Of a DNA stretch of 64,000 bases, positions 37,619-47,767 are shown piece after piece. A model generated the notes under the pieces. It was not told where the DNA came from, did no database searches, and saw nothing but the letters and a program-made list of their open reading frames with translations. Every line of letters starts with the position of its first letter. Position 1 is the first letter of the stretch. This DNA comes from an uncultured delta proteobacterium (lineage in GTDB: Bacteria; Myxococcota_A; Polyangia; Polyangiales; Polyangiaceae). The translations under genes and the position numbers were made by a program. The stretch spans positions 224,001 through 288,000 of the forward strand of contig CAWKKR010000008.1 of NCBI GenBank assembly GCA_963850305.1, in the 5' to 3' direction.

Positions 37619-38322
37619 CGCGCGACGCGCGCGCGGAGATATCCCCGCGCCACGATCCCGATCACGACCAGCGCGTGCCAGGGCCGCACGCCGCTCCGCT
37701 CGCCGGCGTACACGGGGCGGACGGGCACCTCGACGACACGCGCGCCCGCGGCGGCGAGCAAGCCAAGCAGGTCGTTGGGATAGCCGTAGCGCGGCCAGAG
37801 CTTCTCGAGCGGGAGGCGCGCCGCCATCGCCGCCGAGAGCGCAGTGAATCCGCACTGGCTGTCGTCGATGTCCAGCCCCGTCGCCGCACGCGTCAGCAGT
37901 GCGAGTGCGCTGCCCGCGAGGCGCCGCTCGAAGGGCATGTGCCGCCGCGCAGGGTGCATGAAGCGATTGCCCTTCACGTAGTCGGCGTGGTCGAGCGTCA
38001 CTGGCGACACGACCCGCCCGAGGTCGTGCGGGTCCATCTGGTCATCCCCGGCCATCACGGCGATGACGTCGGCGCGCACCGCGAGCGCGAGACGATATCC
38101 GGTGACAATCGCGGCGCCGACGCCGCGATTCTCCGGGTGCGTCGCTACCGTCACACGCGAATCGGCGAGCGTGTTCGCGATCGCGGACGTGCCGTCACGG
38201 CTCGCGTCATCAACGACGAACACGGCGTCGACCCACGCGGGAATTCCTCGAATCACGCGAGCGATCCGGTCCGCCTCATCGAAGGCGGGCACGACGACCG
38301 CGACGCGCTTGCAATTCCACAT
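37609..38322 (-). CDS. Glycosyltransferase family 2
   Basis: [29 protein letters not shown]. Confidence 0.9.
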   Translation of the reverse strand: MWNCKRVAVVVPAFDEADRIARVIRGIPAWVDAVFVVDDASRDGTSAIANTLADSRVTVATHPENRGVGAAIVTGYRLALAVRADVIAVMAGDDQMDPHDLGRVVSPVTLDHADYVKGNRFMHPARRHMPFERRLAGSALALLTRAATGLDIDDSQCGFTALSAAMAARLPLEKLWPRYGYPNDLLGLLAAAGARVVEVPVRPVYAGERSGVRPWHALVVIGIVARGYLRARVARYD

Positions 38323-38515
38323 GCGAGCCTTCTCGGCTACACCCGAGCCGCGCGGAACGGGGCGCGAAATGGCCTTCGCAGGGTCGCGCTCCGCGTCAAA
38401 AGCGTCTCTTTCGCGTCCGCACGGACGATTGAAAGGACGAGCTCCGCGTGACTCCGTCCGGAAACCGTGCGACCGTTGGCGCGAAGTCGGGGCCTCCCCC
38501 GAGAGTTTCATCGCC

Positions 38516-39493
38516 ATGCTCCGTCATTCTGCCGACCACAAGACGCTGCTCTGGGTCCTGGTGCTCGCGCCCGGGCTCGTCGCCATCCAGTACGCGCGCC
38601 CGGACCTCGTTAAATATCTCTTCTGGGTGAGTTGCTACTTCTCGATCGCGACGAGCACCATCGCCCACAATCACAACCACTCCCCGACGTTCCATAGCAA
38701 GAAACTGAACTCCCTCTTCGGGAACTGGATTTCCCTCATCTACGGCTTCCCGACGTTCGCTTGGATCCCGACGCACAACCTGAACCACCACAAGTACGTC
38801 AACACCGAGGGCGACGCGACGATCACGTGGCGCTTCACGAACCGTCACAACGCGTTCGTCGCGGCGACCTACTTTTTCGTGTCCGCGTACTACCAGCAGT
38901 ACCCGACGAAGGCCTTCATCGAAAAGGTGAAGGAAAAGAACCCCGCGCTCTATAACCGCATCATCGGGCAGTACGCGTTCTGGGCGGGCGGGTACGTCGC
39001 GCTCCTCGTGCTTGCGATTCGACTGCACGGGCTCACGACCGGGCTCTACGTGTTCCTGATGAGCGTCGGCGTGCCGGCCATCGTCGCGCTGTGGACCGTG
39101 CATCTCTTCAACTACGAGCAGCACGTCCACACCGACCCGTGGTCCAAGCACAATCACTCGCGGAACTTCGTGAGCCCCGTGTTGAACTTTCTCCTGTTCA
39201 ACAACGGCTACCACACGGCGCACCACGAGAACCCGGGGCTCCACTGGAGCAAGCTGCCGGACGCACACGCGAAGATCGAAGCGCTCATCGATCCGGTGCT
39301 GAAGCAGAAGAGCGTATGGTGGTACTGGTTCAAGCAATACGTGCTCGCGGCAGTCCTGCCGTCACTTGGCTCGGTTCAGATGGGCCCCGGGCCCGATCAT
39401 CCGCCGAACGGCGGGCGCATCCAGGGCCTGAAGAGCGCGGACGTCGAACTCGGAGACGCGGGCACCAACGCGCAGAGCGTTCACGCGAGCTGA
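38516..39493 (+). CDS. Fatty acid desaturase family protein
   Basis: His boxes HNHNH, HNLNHH and HTAHH; TM segments. Confidence 0.9.
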   Translation: MLRHSADHKTLLWVLVLAPGLVAIQYARPDLVKYLFWVSCYFSIATSTIAHNHNHSPTFHSKKLNSLFGNWISLIYGFPTFAWIPTHNLNHHKYVNTEGDATITWRFTNRHNAFVAATYFFVSAYYQQYPTKAFIEKVKEKNPALYNRIIGQYAFWAGGYVALLVLAIRLHGLTTGLYVFLMSVGVPAIVALWTVHLFNYEQHVHTDPWSKHNHSRNFVSPVLNFLLFNNGYHTAHHENPGLHWSKLPDAHAKIEALIDPVLKQKSVWWYWFKQYVLAAVLPSLGSVQMGPGPDHPPNGGRIQGLKSADVELGDAGTNAQSVHAS

Positions 39494-39511
39494 GCGACGG
39501 CGGAGCCCTTC

Positions 39512-40096
39512 GTGCCGCTGCGGCGACGGACGTTCCTCATCATCGCTGCGAGTGCGGTCTCCGCCGCTGGCGTCTGGGCTGGCGTTGCGTTTCGATATCC
39601 GAGCGACCGTACGCCCGAGGGCGCTTACCTGCGCATCGTGAAGGCCGTGAACCTCGGACGTCCGCGGGACTTCTTCGCGTACCTCGAGACGGAGGCTCAG
39701 CACGCGGCTTACACCATCCGCGACTATCGCAAGAAGGCGCGGGACCGGGTGCTCGCGACGTATCCGGAACCGGACCGGACGCGGCTCGCCAGGGAGTACG
39801 AAGCCGAGGCGGAGACCGCGGACGGCGCGGACCTGTTCGTGCTCGAGTCGACTCGGCGCGGGTTTCTCGGGCGGCTCCGCCGCGATATGTCGGGGATCGT
39901 TCGTGTCGACGTGGAGGGAGAACGCGCCACGGTGGAGACGGCTCACGGGACGCGCTACCCGTTTCGTAGACGCGAGAACGGGATCTGGGGTCTCACGATC
40001 TTCACGGCGGTCCTCGTCGCGGACGCGGAGAAGGCCGCACGCGATTACGAGCTCGTGGATCGCGCTGCCTCGGACTACGAACGCGCGGTCCGCTGA
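39512..40096 (+). CDS. Hypothetical membrane-anchored protein
   Basis: N-terminal RRRTFL plus hydrophobic segment; host-like codon usage. Confidence 0.65.
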   Translation: MPLRRRTFLIIAASAVSAAGVWAGVAFRYPSDRTPEGAYLRIVKAVNLGRPRDFFAYLETEAQHAAYTIRDYRKKARDRVLATYPEPDRTRLAREYEAEAETADGADLFVLESTRRGFLGRLRRDMSGIVRVDVEGERATVETAHGTRYPFRRRENGIWGLTIFTAVLVADAEKAARDYELVDRAASDYERAVR

Positions 40097-40363
40097 ACGG
40101 CATCGGGCGACTCGACGGTCATCGCGAGCGCGGCGTGCGCAAATTCGCGCCAACCAACCTTCCTGCGCGATCGCCCGGGCCCTCCGCACCTCCTCGAACC
40201 TCACATCCCGGGGCAGATTGCCTCAGGGTGGCGCCGCGCCGCGTCGAAGGCGGCGCGGCGCCTCGACGATCTTCGACATCGCCTCGCCGGCCGCTCCCGA
40301 AATATCGGCGAACCTGGTCGTGGGTGAGCTTCCGTGCAGCCCGTCAGGAGATCTCCAGCGCAG

Positions 40364-40380
40364 TGGGCACGGTCGATGCA
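40364..40380 (+). promoter_or_regulatory. Putative sigma54 promoter of the receiver-domain pair
   Basis: TGGGCACGGTCGATGCA: GG (40366-40367), N10, GC (40378-40379). Confidence 0.55.
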
Positions 40381-40404
40381 GAGGCGGGGCCGGTAGGCAA
40401 ACTC

Positions 40405-40872
40405 ATGACAGATCATCTCGAGTTACAGACGCGTTTCCGTGGCGTGCCCCGGCACCATTCATACGATCTGTTCGTCGCCAGTCGGTCGCCCCGGGTCCTG
40501 GTTGCCGACGAAGACGATGACGTGCGGACGATCCTGACCCGACGCCTGAGGCGAGATGGGTTCCAGGTCATCGAAGTTCCCGATGGGCGGCGCCTGGAGC
40601 GATTGCTGCTGGCCTACTCGCTCGGCGCACGCCACCAGCGTCCGCCGATCGACGTCGTGGTCTCGGACATTCACATGGCGGGTCGGTCGGGCCAGGACGC
40701 GCTCGCCGATCTTCGGTCGCGCGATACGGGCACGCCGTTCGTCGCGCTCGCGGGCACCGGCGACGTGGACGCGCACGTGGCCGCGATGCGGCTCGGCGCG
40801 TCCGCCGTGTTCGACAAGCCGTTCGATCTGGACGACCTCTGCACCACGGTCGTGCATCTGGTGGGGCCATGA
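40405..40872 (+). CDS. Single-domain response regulator
   Basis: RVLVADED, VVSDIHMAG, FDKPF. Confidence 0.85.
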   Translation: MTDHLELQTRFRGVPRHHSYDLFVASRSPRVLVADEDDDVRTILTRRLRRDGFQVIEVPDGRRLERLLLAYSLGARHQRPPIDVVVSDIHMAGRSGQDALADLRSRDTGTPFVALAGTGDVDAHVAAMRLGASAVFDKPFDLDDLCTTVVHLVGP

Positions 40873-41270
40873 CGGCGGCGCCGAGAAGGCGGCTTTTGCT
40901 GGCCGATCGTGACGAGGCAATGCGCGCGTGGATCAAGCGTACGCTCGCGTTCGCCGGCTGCGATGTGGCAGAGGCATCGAGCGGGTTCGAGTTGCTCGAT
41001 CGCCTTGCGGACGACGGCCCCTACGATCTCGTCATCACGGAGGTCGGCAGGGCCGAACCGCGCCAGGCGCATCCGACGGGCCTGCAGGTGGCCACGATGG
41101 CTCGCGAAGCGGGGCTCGCCACGCCGTTCCTCGTCATGGCCGAATCCCCGGATTCTCGGCTGTCGGAAGTGCTCAGCGCGGTCGGGCGCGCGAGGCTCCT
41201 GTCGAAGCCGTTCAGTCCGCACGCGCTCCTGGCGGCCGTGCGCGGAATCCTGTCCCTTGCCGCAGCGTGA
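40869..41270 (+). CDS. Atypical single-domain response regulator (Glu at the phosphoacceptor position)
   Basis: LLLADRD, YDLVITEV, LSKPFS; ATGA overlap. Confidence 0.8.
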   Translation: MTAAPRRRLLLADRDEAMRAWIKRTLAFAGCDVAEASSGFELLDRLADDGPYDLVITEVGRAEPRQAHPTGLQVATMAREAGLATPFLVMAESPDSRLSEVLSAVGRARLLSKPFSPHALLAAVRGILSLAAA

Positions 41271-41292
41271 AGCGGGAATGCGCGCGGCGACG

Positions 41293-41742
41293 TCAACCGC
41301 TCCGCGCCTTGACGTCTTCGTAGCGCTGTCCCGCGGGGGCGCCAGCTTCCACCGCGAGCCCGACCTTGCTCCAGCCCGGCTCGACTCTGCCGAACGCGTC
41401 GCGACTCCCGCCGAAGCCGGTACGGAGCTCCCTCAGAGCCGTGAAGCCGGCGGCAATCATCAAGCGGGCAGCCTTGAGCGAACGCGCTCCGGACTGGCAC
41501 CCGATCACGAGCCGCGCGTCTTTTGCGAACGCACGCTCGACGACGGCTAAAAACTCCGGGTTCGCTTCTAGCCCGGAGGAGCCGCGGTGCTGGAGAGGCA
41601 CGTTCAGCGCGCCCGGAGGGTGTCCCTCCGCGAACTCGGGTTCACTCCGGACGTCGAGGTAAACGTACCCCTCGGTGATGAGCACCTGCGCCTCCTGTGG
41701 CGAAACGCGAGGAACATCCGGCACGGCGCCCCATCGTAGCAT
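41293..41742 (-). CDS. Rhodanese-like domain protein (start uncertain)
   Basis: YLDVRSEPEFAEGHPPGALNVP, GCQSGARS. Confidence 0.88.
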   Translation of the reverse strand: MLRWGAVPDVPRVSPQEAQVLITEGYVYLDVRSEPEFAEGHPPGALNVPLQHRGSSGLEANPEFLAVVERAFAKDARLVIGCQSGARSLKAARLMIAAGFTALRELRTGFGGSRDAFGRVEPGWSKVGLAVEAGAPAGQRYEDVKARSG

Positions 41743-41777
41743 CGCCCTGCGCTTTCGCGATAAGGTGCGAGAAAGTC

Positions 41778-43442
41778 GTGCTCGCCCCTCCGCCGTCCGG
41801 TCAAGTCCGGCTCGTTCCGCTCGGAGGGCTCGGCGAGATCGGCATGAATTGCCTCGCCGTCGAACAGGGTGACGATATCCTCGTCGTCGATTGCGGGATC
41901 CGGTTTCCGCACGACGATCTCGGCGTCGACGTCATTCACCCCGACTTCACGTGGCTCGTCGAGCGGGCCGGCCGCGTGCGCGGCGTGTTCCTCACGCACG
42001 GCCACGAAGACCACATCGGCGCCCTCCCATACTTCCTGTCGCGCATCGACGTGCCCGTCTGGGGGCCGCCGCACGCGATCGCGCTCGCCCGCAAGCGACT
42101 GGACGAGCACGGCTTCGCCGCTGACGAGTGCGATCTCCGGCTGGCGCAGGCCGGGGGGAGTTACGACGTCGGAGGATTCTCCGTCGAGCCGATTCGCGTG
42201 TCGCACTCGATCGTGGAGGCATCCGCGCTCGCGATCCGCACGAGCGCCGGCACGATCGTCCACACGGGGGACTTCAATTTCGATCCAGCGCCGCCCGACG
42301 GAGAGCCGACGGACGAGGCGCGGCTCGCGGCGCTCGGCAAGGAGGGCGTCGCGTTGCTCCTCTCGGACAGCACGAACGTCGACGTCCCCGCGCGTAGCGG
42401 TTCGGAGCGCGACGTCGGGGCGGCGCTACGGTCTCTCGTCGAGGCCGCCCCGGCGCGGGTCTTCATCGCCCTCTTCGCGAGCAACATTCAGCGACTCTTA
42501 CTCATCGGCGAGGTCGCGATGAAGACGGGTCGCAAGGTGTGCATTCTCGGCCGGAGTCTCGTCACCCAGGTCGACATCGCGACGCGGATCGGCCGCCTCA
42601 AGTGGCCGAGCGATCTGGTCATCGGTCCGGAACGAGCGCGGAACGCGCCGCGCGAGAGCGTCCTCGTGCTCGCTGGCGGCACGCAGGGCGAACCCGGCTC
42701 GGCAATGTCGCGTCTCGCCGCGGGCACGCACGGCGAGCTCACGCTCGACCCCGGGGACACCGTCATCTTCTCGAGCCGGGTCATTCCGGGCAACGAGCTG
42801 GCCTCGGTACAGATGATGGGCGACGTGCTCAGGCGCGGCGCGCGCGTCCACTCGCGCGTCACGGACCCCGGCGTCCACGTCAGCGGCCACGCGTCTCGAC
42901 CCGAACAGGCGAAGATGCTCGGGCTGGTCCAGCCTCGCGCCTTTCTTCCGGTTCACGGCACACTTCACCACCTGAGCCGGCATGGGGAGCTCGCCCGCGA
43001 GGAGGGCGTCGCAGAGGTCAGGATCGTGGAGAACGGGACTGCCGTGGTCTGCGATGGAGCGCGGCTCGAGGTGGACGGAGAGGTGGCGTCGGGCGCCGTT
43101 GCCGTCGGGTTCGGCGGCATGCCACTCGGGCGCGACCTGCTCCGCGAGCGCTCGGAGCTCGGACGCTCGGGCCTCGCCGTCCTTGCGCTCGCGGTGGATC
43201 GGACGGGTGCGCTCTTGGGGGTGCCGACCGCGACGACGCGCGGCATTCCGAACATGAGCGCACCCGCGGACGTCCGCGCGCTCGAGATGACCGCCGTCCG
43301 CGCCGTCGAGATCGCGAGCCGCAAGCGACGAAAACGCGACGAACTCGTCGACGACGTGCGCCGCGCCGTGCGCCGTCACGTCCTCGACGTCGCGGGTGCG
43401 CGGCCCGTCGTGGAAGTCCTCGTCGTCGAGCGGGACGCCTAG
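41778..43442 (+). CDS. rnj: Ribonuclease J
   Basis: PLGGLGEIGMN, THGHEDHIG, HTGDF, SDSTN, HVSGHA, PVHG. Confidence 0.93.
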   Translation: MLAPPPSGQVRLVPLGGLGEIGMNCLAVEQGDDILVVDCGIRFPHDDLGVDVIHPDFTWLVERAGRVRGVFLTHGHEDHIGALPYFLSRIDVPVWGPPHAIALARKRLDEHGFAADECDLRLAQAGGSYDVGGFSVEPIRVSHSIVEASALAIRTSAGTIVHTGDFNFDPAPPDGEPTDEARLAALGKEGVALLLSDSTNVDVPARSGSERDVGAALRSLVEAAPARVFIALFASNIQRLLLIGEVAMKTGRKVCILGRSLVTQVDIATRIGRLKWPSDLVIGPERARNAPRESVLVLAGGTQGEPGSAMSRLAAGTHGELTLDPGDTVIFSSRVIPGNELASVQMMGDVLRRGARVHSRVTDPGVHVSGHASRPEQAKMLGLVQPRAFLPVHGTLHHLSRHGELAREEGVAEVRIVENGTAVVCDGARLEVDGEVASGAVAVGFGGMPLGRDLLRERSELGRSGLAVLALAVDRTGALLGVPTATTRGIPNMSAPADVRALEMTAVRAVEIASRKRRKRDELVDDVRRAVRRHVLDVAGARPVVEVLVVERDA

Positions 43443-43519
43443 ACCGAGGAGCGGCCGGCGATTCGATGAGGTCCTGAACGCGACACCTTCCTGGCGGATA
43501 GCGGCCAGCGAGGCGTCGC

Positions 43520-44113
43520 TCAGGGCGCGGTTGCGCTCCGGAACACTTCCACCTTCTCGAGCACCTGATCCTGGTTCGGTCGATCGGCAGCGCCGCGAGG
43601 GACGTTCGCGATCTTCTTGACCACATCCATGCCCGAGACGACGCGACCGAAGACGGAGTGCTTGCCGTCGAGGTGCGGCGTCGGCCCCTCCGTGATGAAG
43701 AACTGGGAGCCGTTGGTGCCTGGCCCGGCGTTGGCCATCGAGAGGACGCCCCCGCGATCGTGCTTCAGGTCCTTGTGAAACTCGTCCGAGAATCGATAGC
43801 CGGGACCGCCCGTGCCCCAGCGGCGCGCGGTGTCGGCGTGGCGCGTCAGTGGGTCGCCGCACTGGATCATGAATCCAGGAATCACGCGGTGGAACCGGAT
43901 GCCCGAGTAAAGGGGCTGACCGTCCATGCTCTTGCCCGCGTGCTCGTCCTTCCAGCCCATCGCACCCGTCGCGAGTCCGACGAAGTTTGCGACGGTTCGC
44001 GGCGCCTTCTCCTCGTCCAATTCAGCGACGATTGCGCCCTGCGTGGTGTGGAACCTTGCGTAGAGCTTTCCGGTGCCGGGGACGTTGATTTTTGGAAACT
44101 GGGGATCGGCCAT
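43520..44113 (-). CDS. Cyclophilin-type peptidyl-prolyl isomerase
   Basis: [33 protein letters not shown]. Confidence 0.95.
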   Translation of the reverse strand: MADPQFPKINVPGTGKLYARFHTTQGAIVAELDEEKAPRTVANFVGLATGAMGWKDEHAGKSMDGQPLYSGIRFHRVIPGFMIQCGDPLTRHADTARRWGTGGPGYRFSDEFHKDLKHDRGGVLSMANAGPGTNGSQFFITEGPTPHLDGKHSVFGRVVSGMDVVKKIANVPRGAADRPNQDQVLEKVEVFRSATAP

Positions 44114-44189
44114 GGTGAACTCCTCTTGAAGACGCACCCCTTTTCACACGAATGCGTTCCGAGCCCAAGCATGTTTCGCTTCGAGCGCT

Positions 44190-45566
44190 TCAGAGCAAGA
44201 CGCCAGGATTCAAGATGCCGTTCGGGTCGAAGACGTTTTTTATGCCCTTCATGAGCGCGAGCTTCGTCGGGTCTTCGAGCTCCGAATAGTACTTCCTCTT
44301 CGCCGCGCCGATCCCGTGCTCGGCGGACACGGCGCCGCCCATGTCGACTCCCGCGCGCAGCAGATCGTGCATGACGGCCGACAGCTTGGCCTTGTCGGCT
44401 TCGAAGATCCCGAGATGGATGTTGCCGTCGCCCGCGTGCCCGCAACCGTTGACTGTCGTGCCGTGGCGGATCGCGATGTCACGGACCTTCGACATGTACT
44501 CGGGGATCGAGGCGCGCGGCACCACGACGTCGATGATGTCGGTGAGCCCCATGCGCTTGCCGACCCAGAACGTCTTTTCGCGTGCGTCGATGAGCGCCTT
44601 ACCTGCGCCGGACGGCAGTACGAAGACGTCGATGGCCCCTTCCTCGGCGCAGACCTCGCCGAGCCGCTCCACGTCGCGCTGCACGACGCTCTCGTCGCGG
44701 CCTTCGACCACGACCACCAGATATGCTTCGGCCTGGTCGCGCACGGCTTCCGGGATCCCGAGCTCGAGCCCGGTGAACCCGGTGATGCCCATCATGGTCA
44801 TCTTGTCGATGTACTCGACGAGCAACGGACCCGCGCCGCTCATCACCAGAGCCGGCACGGCGCGGGACACTTCTTCGAGTGAGCGAAACGGCGCGAGCAG
44901 TGTCGACCAGATGGGCATCCTCGGAAAGAGCTTCACGGTGACCTGCGTGATGACCGCGAGTGTTCCCTCCGAACCGATGAGAAGCTGTGTGAGATCGTAG
45001 CCGCTCGACACCTTCACGAACTTGCCGCCCGTTCGGACGATGTCTCCGTTCGGGAGCACTGCCTCCAGCCCGAGCACCTGGTTTCGGGTCACACCATATT
45101 TCACGGCACGCATGCCGCCCGCGTTCGTCGCGACGTTGCCGCCGAGGCTCGCGCTATTTTCTCCCGGGAAGATCGGGTAAACGAGGCCCTTCTTCGCGGT
45201 GGCCTGGTCGAGCGCGTCGAGGGTAACGCCCGGTTCGACGACGGCGACGTGATTCGCCTCGTCAATCTCGAGGATCCGGTTCATCCGCTCGAGGGAGAGC
45301 AGAATGCCGCCGGGCCTCGGCGTGCATCCACCAGACAGGCCCGTCCCGGCACCGCGAAGCGTCACCGGGATCCGGTGTTCGTTCGCGAATTTCAGGAGAC
45401 GCGAAACCTGGTCGGTCGTCGCGGGGCGCACGACGGCCTCGGGCGTCGCGTGCGGCGTGGACAGACACTCGTCGTGCGAATACCCGTCCTCGATTCCATC
45501 GCCCCGGAGGACATGGCCCTCGCCGACGATGGTTCGAAGTTCATTCAGAGCGGCTTCTAGCGCCAT
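44190..45566 (-). CDS. FAD-linked oxidoreductase (GlcD/D-lactate dehydrogenase family)
   Basis: RGAGTGLSGG, GGNVATNAGG, GSEGTLAVIT, GHAGDGNIH, AEHGIG. Confidence 0.92.
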   Translation of the reverse strand: MALEAALNELRTIVGEGHVLRGDGIEDGYSHDECLSTPHATPEAVVRPATTDQVSRLLKFANEHRIPVTLRGAGTGLSGGCTPRPGGILLSLERMNRILEIDEANHVAVVEPGVTLDALDQATAKKGLVYPIFPGENSASLGGNVATNAGGMRAVKYGVTRNQVLGLEAVLPNGDIVRTGGKFVKVSSGYDLTQLLIGSEGTLAVITQVTVKLFPRMPIWSTLLAPFRSLEEVSRAVPALVMSGAGPLLVEYIDKMTMMGITGFTGLELGIPEAVRDQAEAYLVVVVEGRDESVVQRDVERLGEVCAEEGAIDVFVLPSGAGKALIDAREKTFWVGKRMGLTDIIDVVVPRASIPEYMSKVRDIAIRHGTTVNGCGHAGDGNIHLGIFEADKAKLSAVMHDLLRAGVDMGGAVSAEHGIGAAKRKYYSELEDPTKLALMKGIKNVFDPNGILNPGVLL

Positions 45567-45681
45567 GCTTCACCTTCATTCCGCAAGATACACCCCCTCC
45601 GCGGTCTCGTCGCTTGAACGAAGTGGCCGCCGCCGTGGGCCAGGAGACCCACGGGAGACACGAGCCCCGCCGGACGCCGCG

Positions 45682-46885
45682 TCAGCTCTTGTCGAACAGC
45701 GTGGCGATGCCCTGGCCCACGCCGATGCAGAGTGCGGCCAGGCCCACCCGTGCCCTGGGATTTTCGCTCATGACGCTCGCGAGCGTCGCCACGATGCGGG
45801 CGCCGGAGCTGCCGATCGGATGGCCGAGCGCGATACCGCCACCCCGCACGTTCACCCGGTCCGGGTCGAGCTCGAGCCCGCGAACGCACGCGAGCGCTTG
45901 CGCGGCAAACGCCTCGTTCAGCTCTATGGCGTCGAGGTTCGGCGCGCGCAGCCCCGTGCGCGCCAGGAGCTTCTTCGTCGCCGGAATGGGGCCTTCCCCC
46001 ATGTAGCCTGGATCGACGCCGGCTGTCGCGCTCGCCACCCATCGGAGCTTCGGTTCCACACCGAGCTCTTTCACGACGGATTCGCTGGCGAGTATCACGC
46101 CGGACGCCCCGTCGTTGAGTGGCGAGGAATTGCCCGCCGTCACGCTCCCGCCCTCGCGAAAGGCAGGCTTCAACTTCGCGAGCCCCTCGAGCGAAGCGTC
46201 GGGGCGCGGGCTCTCGTCCTTCTCGAACAGCATGGGCGCACCCTTCGCCTGCGGGACGGCGACAGGTGCGATCTCGTTGGCGAAGAGCCCGCGTTCCCAG
46301 GCCGCCACGGCCTTCTCGTGCGACCGGAGCGCGAAACGATCTTGCTCCTCACGCGTGATCCCGAACTTCGTTGCGACGTTCTCGGCCGTCTCGCCCATGC
46401 TGATCGAGATCGAAGCGCGCCTGCATGCGGGGGTTCGGATATCGCCAGCCGAGCGTGGTGTCGTAGAGGGGCGGCGGCGTACGGCTGAACGCCTCTTCCG
46501 TCTTCGGCATGGAGAAGGGCGCTCGAGTCATGCTCTCGACGCCGCCCGCGATCGCGACCGTCGCTTCACCGGTCGCGATCATCCGCGCGGCATCGTTGAT
46601 TGCTTCGAGTCCGGAGCCACAGAGGCGATTCACCGTCACCGCCGGGATTTCGTACGGGAGGCCCGCGATGAGGAGCGCCATGCGCGCGACGTTGCGATTG
46701 TCCTCTCCGGCCTGATTCGTCGAACCGAAGACGATCTGGTCCAGGCGCTCGGCGAGCGCCGGCTGACGCTTGACGAGCGTCGTCACGATGTGGGCCGCTA
46801 GGTCGTCCGCGCGCACCTTCGCAAGGCCCCCGCGGAACTTTCCAATCGGCGTACGAACGGCATCGACGAGGTAAACGGCCGGCAT
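45682..46885 (-). CDS. Thiolase (PcaF/PaaJ-like), split by a +1 indel at ~46406
   Basis: NRLCGSG in the 5' ORF; NEAFA, GHPIG and CIGVG in the 3' ORF; removing one base gives FDLISMGETAENV, about 400 aa. Confidence 0.88.
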
Positions 46886-46925
46886 GCTCCGACTCTACCT
46901 CAGCGACGCGGCAACCGCGACCGCT

Positions 46926-47615
46926 TCAGGCTTGAACGGTGTGCCCCGCGAGGTCGGCGCCGCACGTGGCACAAGTCTTCGGAACGTTGTCCTTGTGATA
47001 GACCTGCGCACAGTTGAGACAGAGCCGCGCGTCGCGTTCGAACGAGATGATCTTGTTCGTCGCGGCACATCGGCGGCCCGCGACTTGATCTCCGGTGACC
47101 GGAACCTCTTCTCCGCCGGGCTGCGTCGCGAGCGGGATGCCGCGCTTGCCCGCCTCGTCCACCTTCACGATCTTCGGCAGCCGACGCTCGGCCTCGGCGA
47201 TGATGAACGCCGTGGCCCGCGGATGGGCGCCGACGGGAATGCCGATCGTCAAGCCAGGCGACTTCACGACGAGGTCGCCACCAGCGAGCTGGATTTCCTC
47301 CATGTCGCACCACAGGATGCGTGTCACCTCGGAGCCACGCTCGATCGCCACGCCGGCGTCTCCGGCGCGCACCGGGAATGCGCTCGCGCCCCCGAGCCAG
47401 AGGCCTGCCCCGAGACCGATCGCGCCCACGGTGACGAGAGCCGACGCGTACGACACGGGCGTCTCGCTGACCCATTGTCCGTAAACCCCCGCCCCGAGCG
47501 CGAGCGATCCGAGCATCCCGAGCCCGCCGGCGAACCGGGAAGTGTGGGTTGCTTCCGGAACGAATCGTCGCTCCGTACGTTCTTTCTGGGCTTTCCTCTT
47601 CTTCTTTTCCGCCAT
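46926..47615 (-). CDS. Two-TM membrane protein with a C-terminal Cys/His zinc-finger-like motif
   Basis: Two TMs; CAAT...CLNC..YH...CATC. Confidence 0.75.
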   Translation of the reverse strand: MAEKKKRKAQKERTERRFVPEATHTSRFAGGLGMLGSLALGAGVYGQWVSETPVSYASALVTVGAIGLGAGLWLGGASAFPVRAGDAGVAIERGSEVTRILWCDMEEIQLAGGDLVVKSPGLTIGIPVGAHPRATAFIIAEAERRLPKIVKVDEAGKRGIPLATQPGGEEVPVTGDQVAGRRCAATNKIISFERDARLCLNCAQVYHKDNVPKTCATCGADLAGHTVQA

Positions 47616-47767
47616 GCGATCCCTTCGCGGCGCGGAGCCTAGAGCGTCTTTCCGCGAAGTGGAACGCTCGAAAGCAACGAAAGACCGGCGCCGTTCGTCG
47701 CCGCGCCGTCGTTTGCCGGCTCGCCGCGGTTGTTTTCGCCCGGAAGGGCGCGTTCACTCGGGTTTGC

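Noticed and set aside
45682..46885. Programmed ribosomal frameshift or true pseudogene in the thiolase
   Set aside because: No slippery heptamer and no other decay; similar single indels recur across the window.
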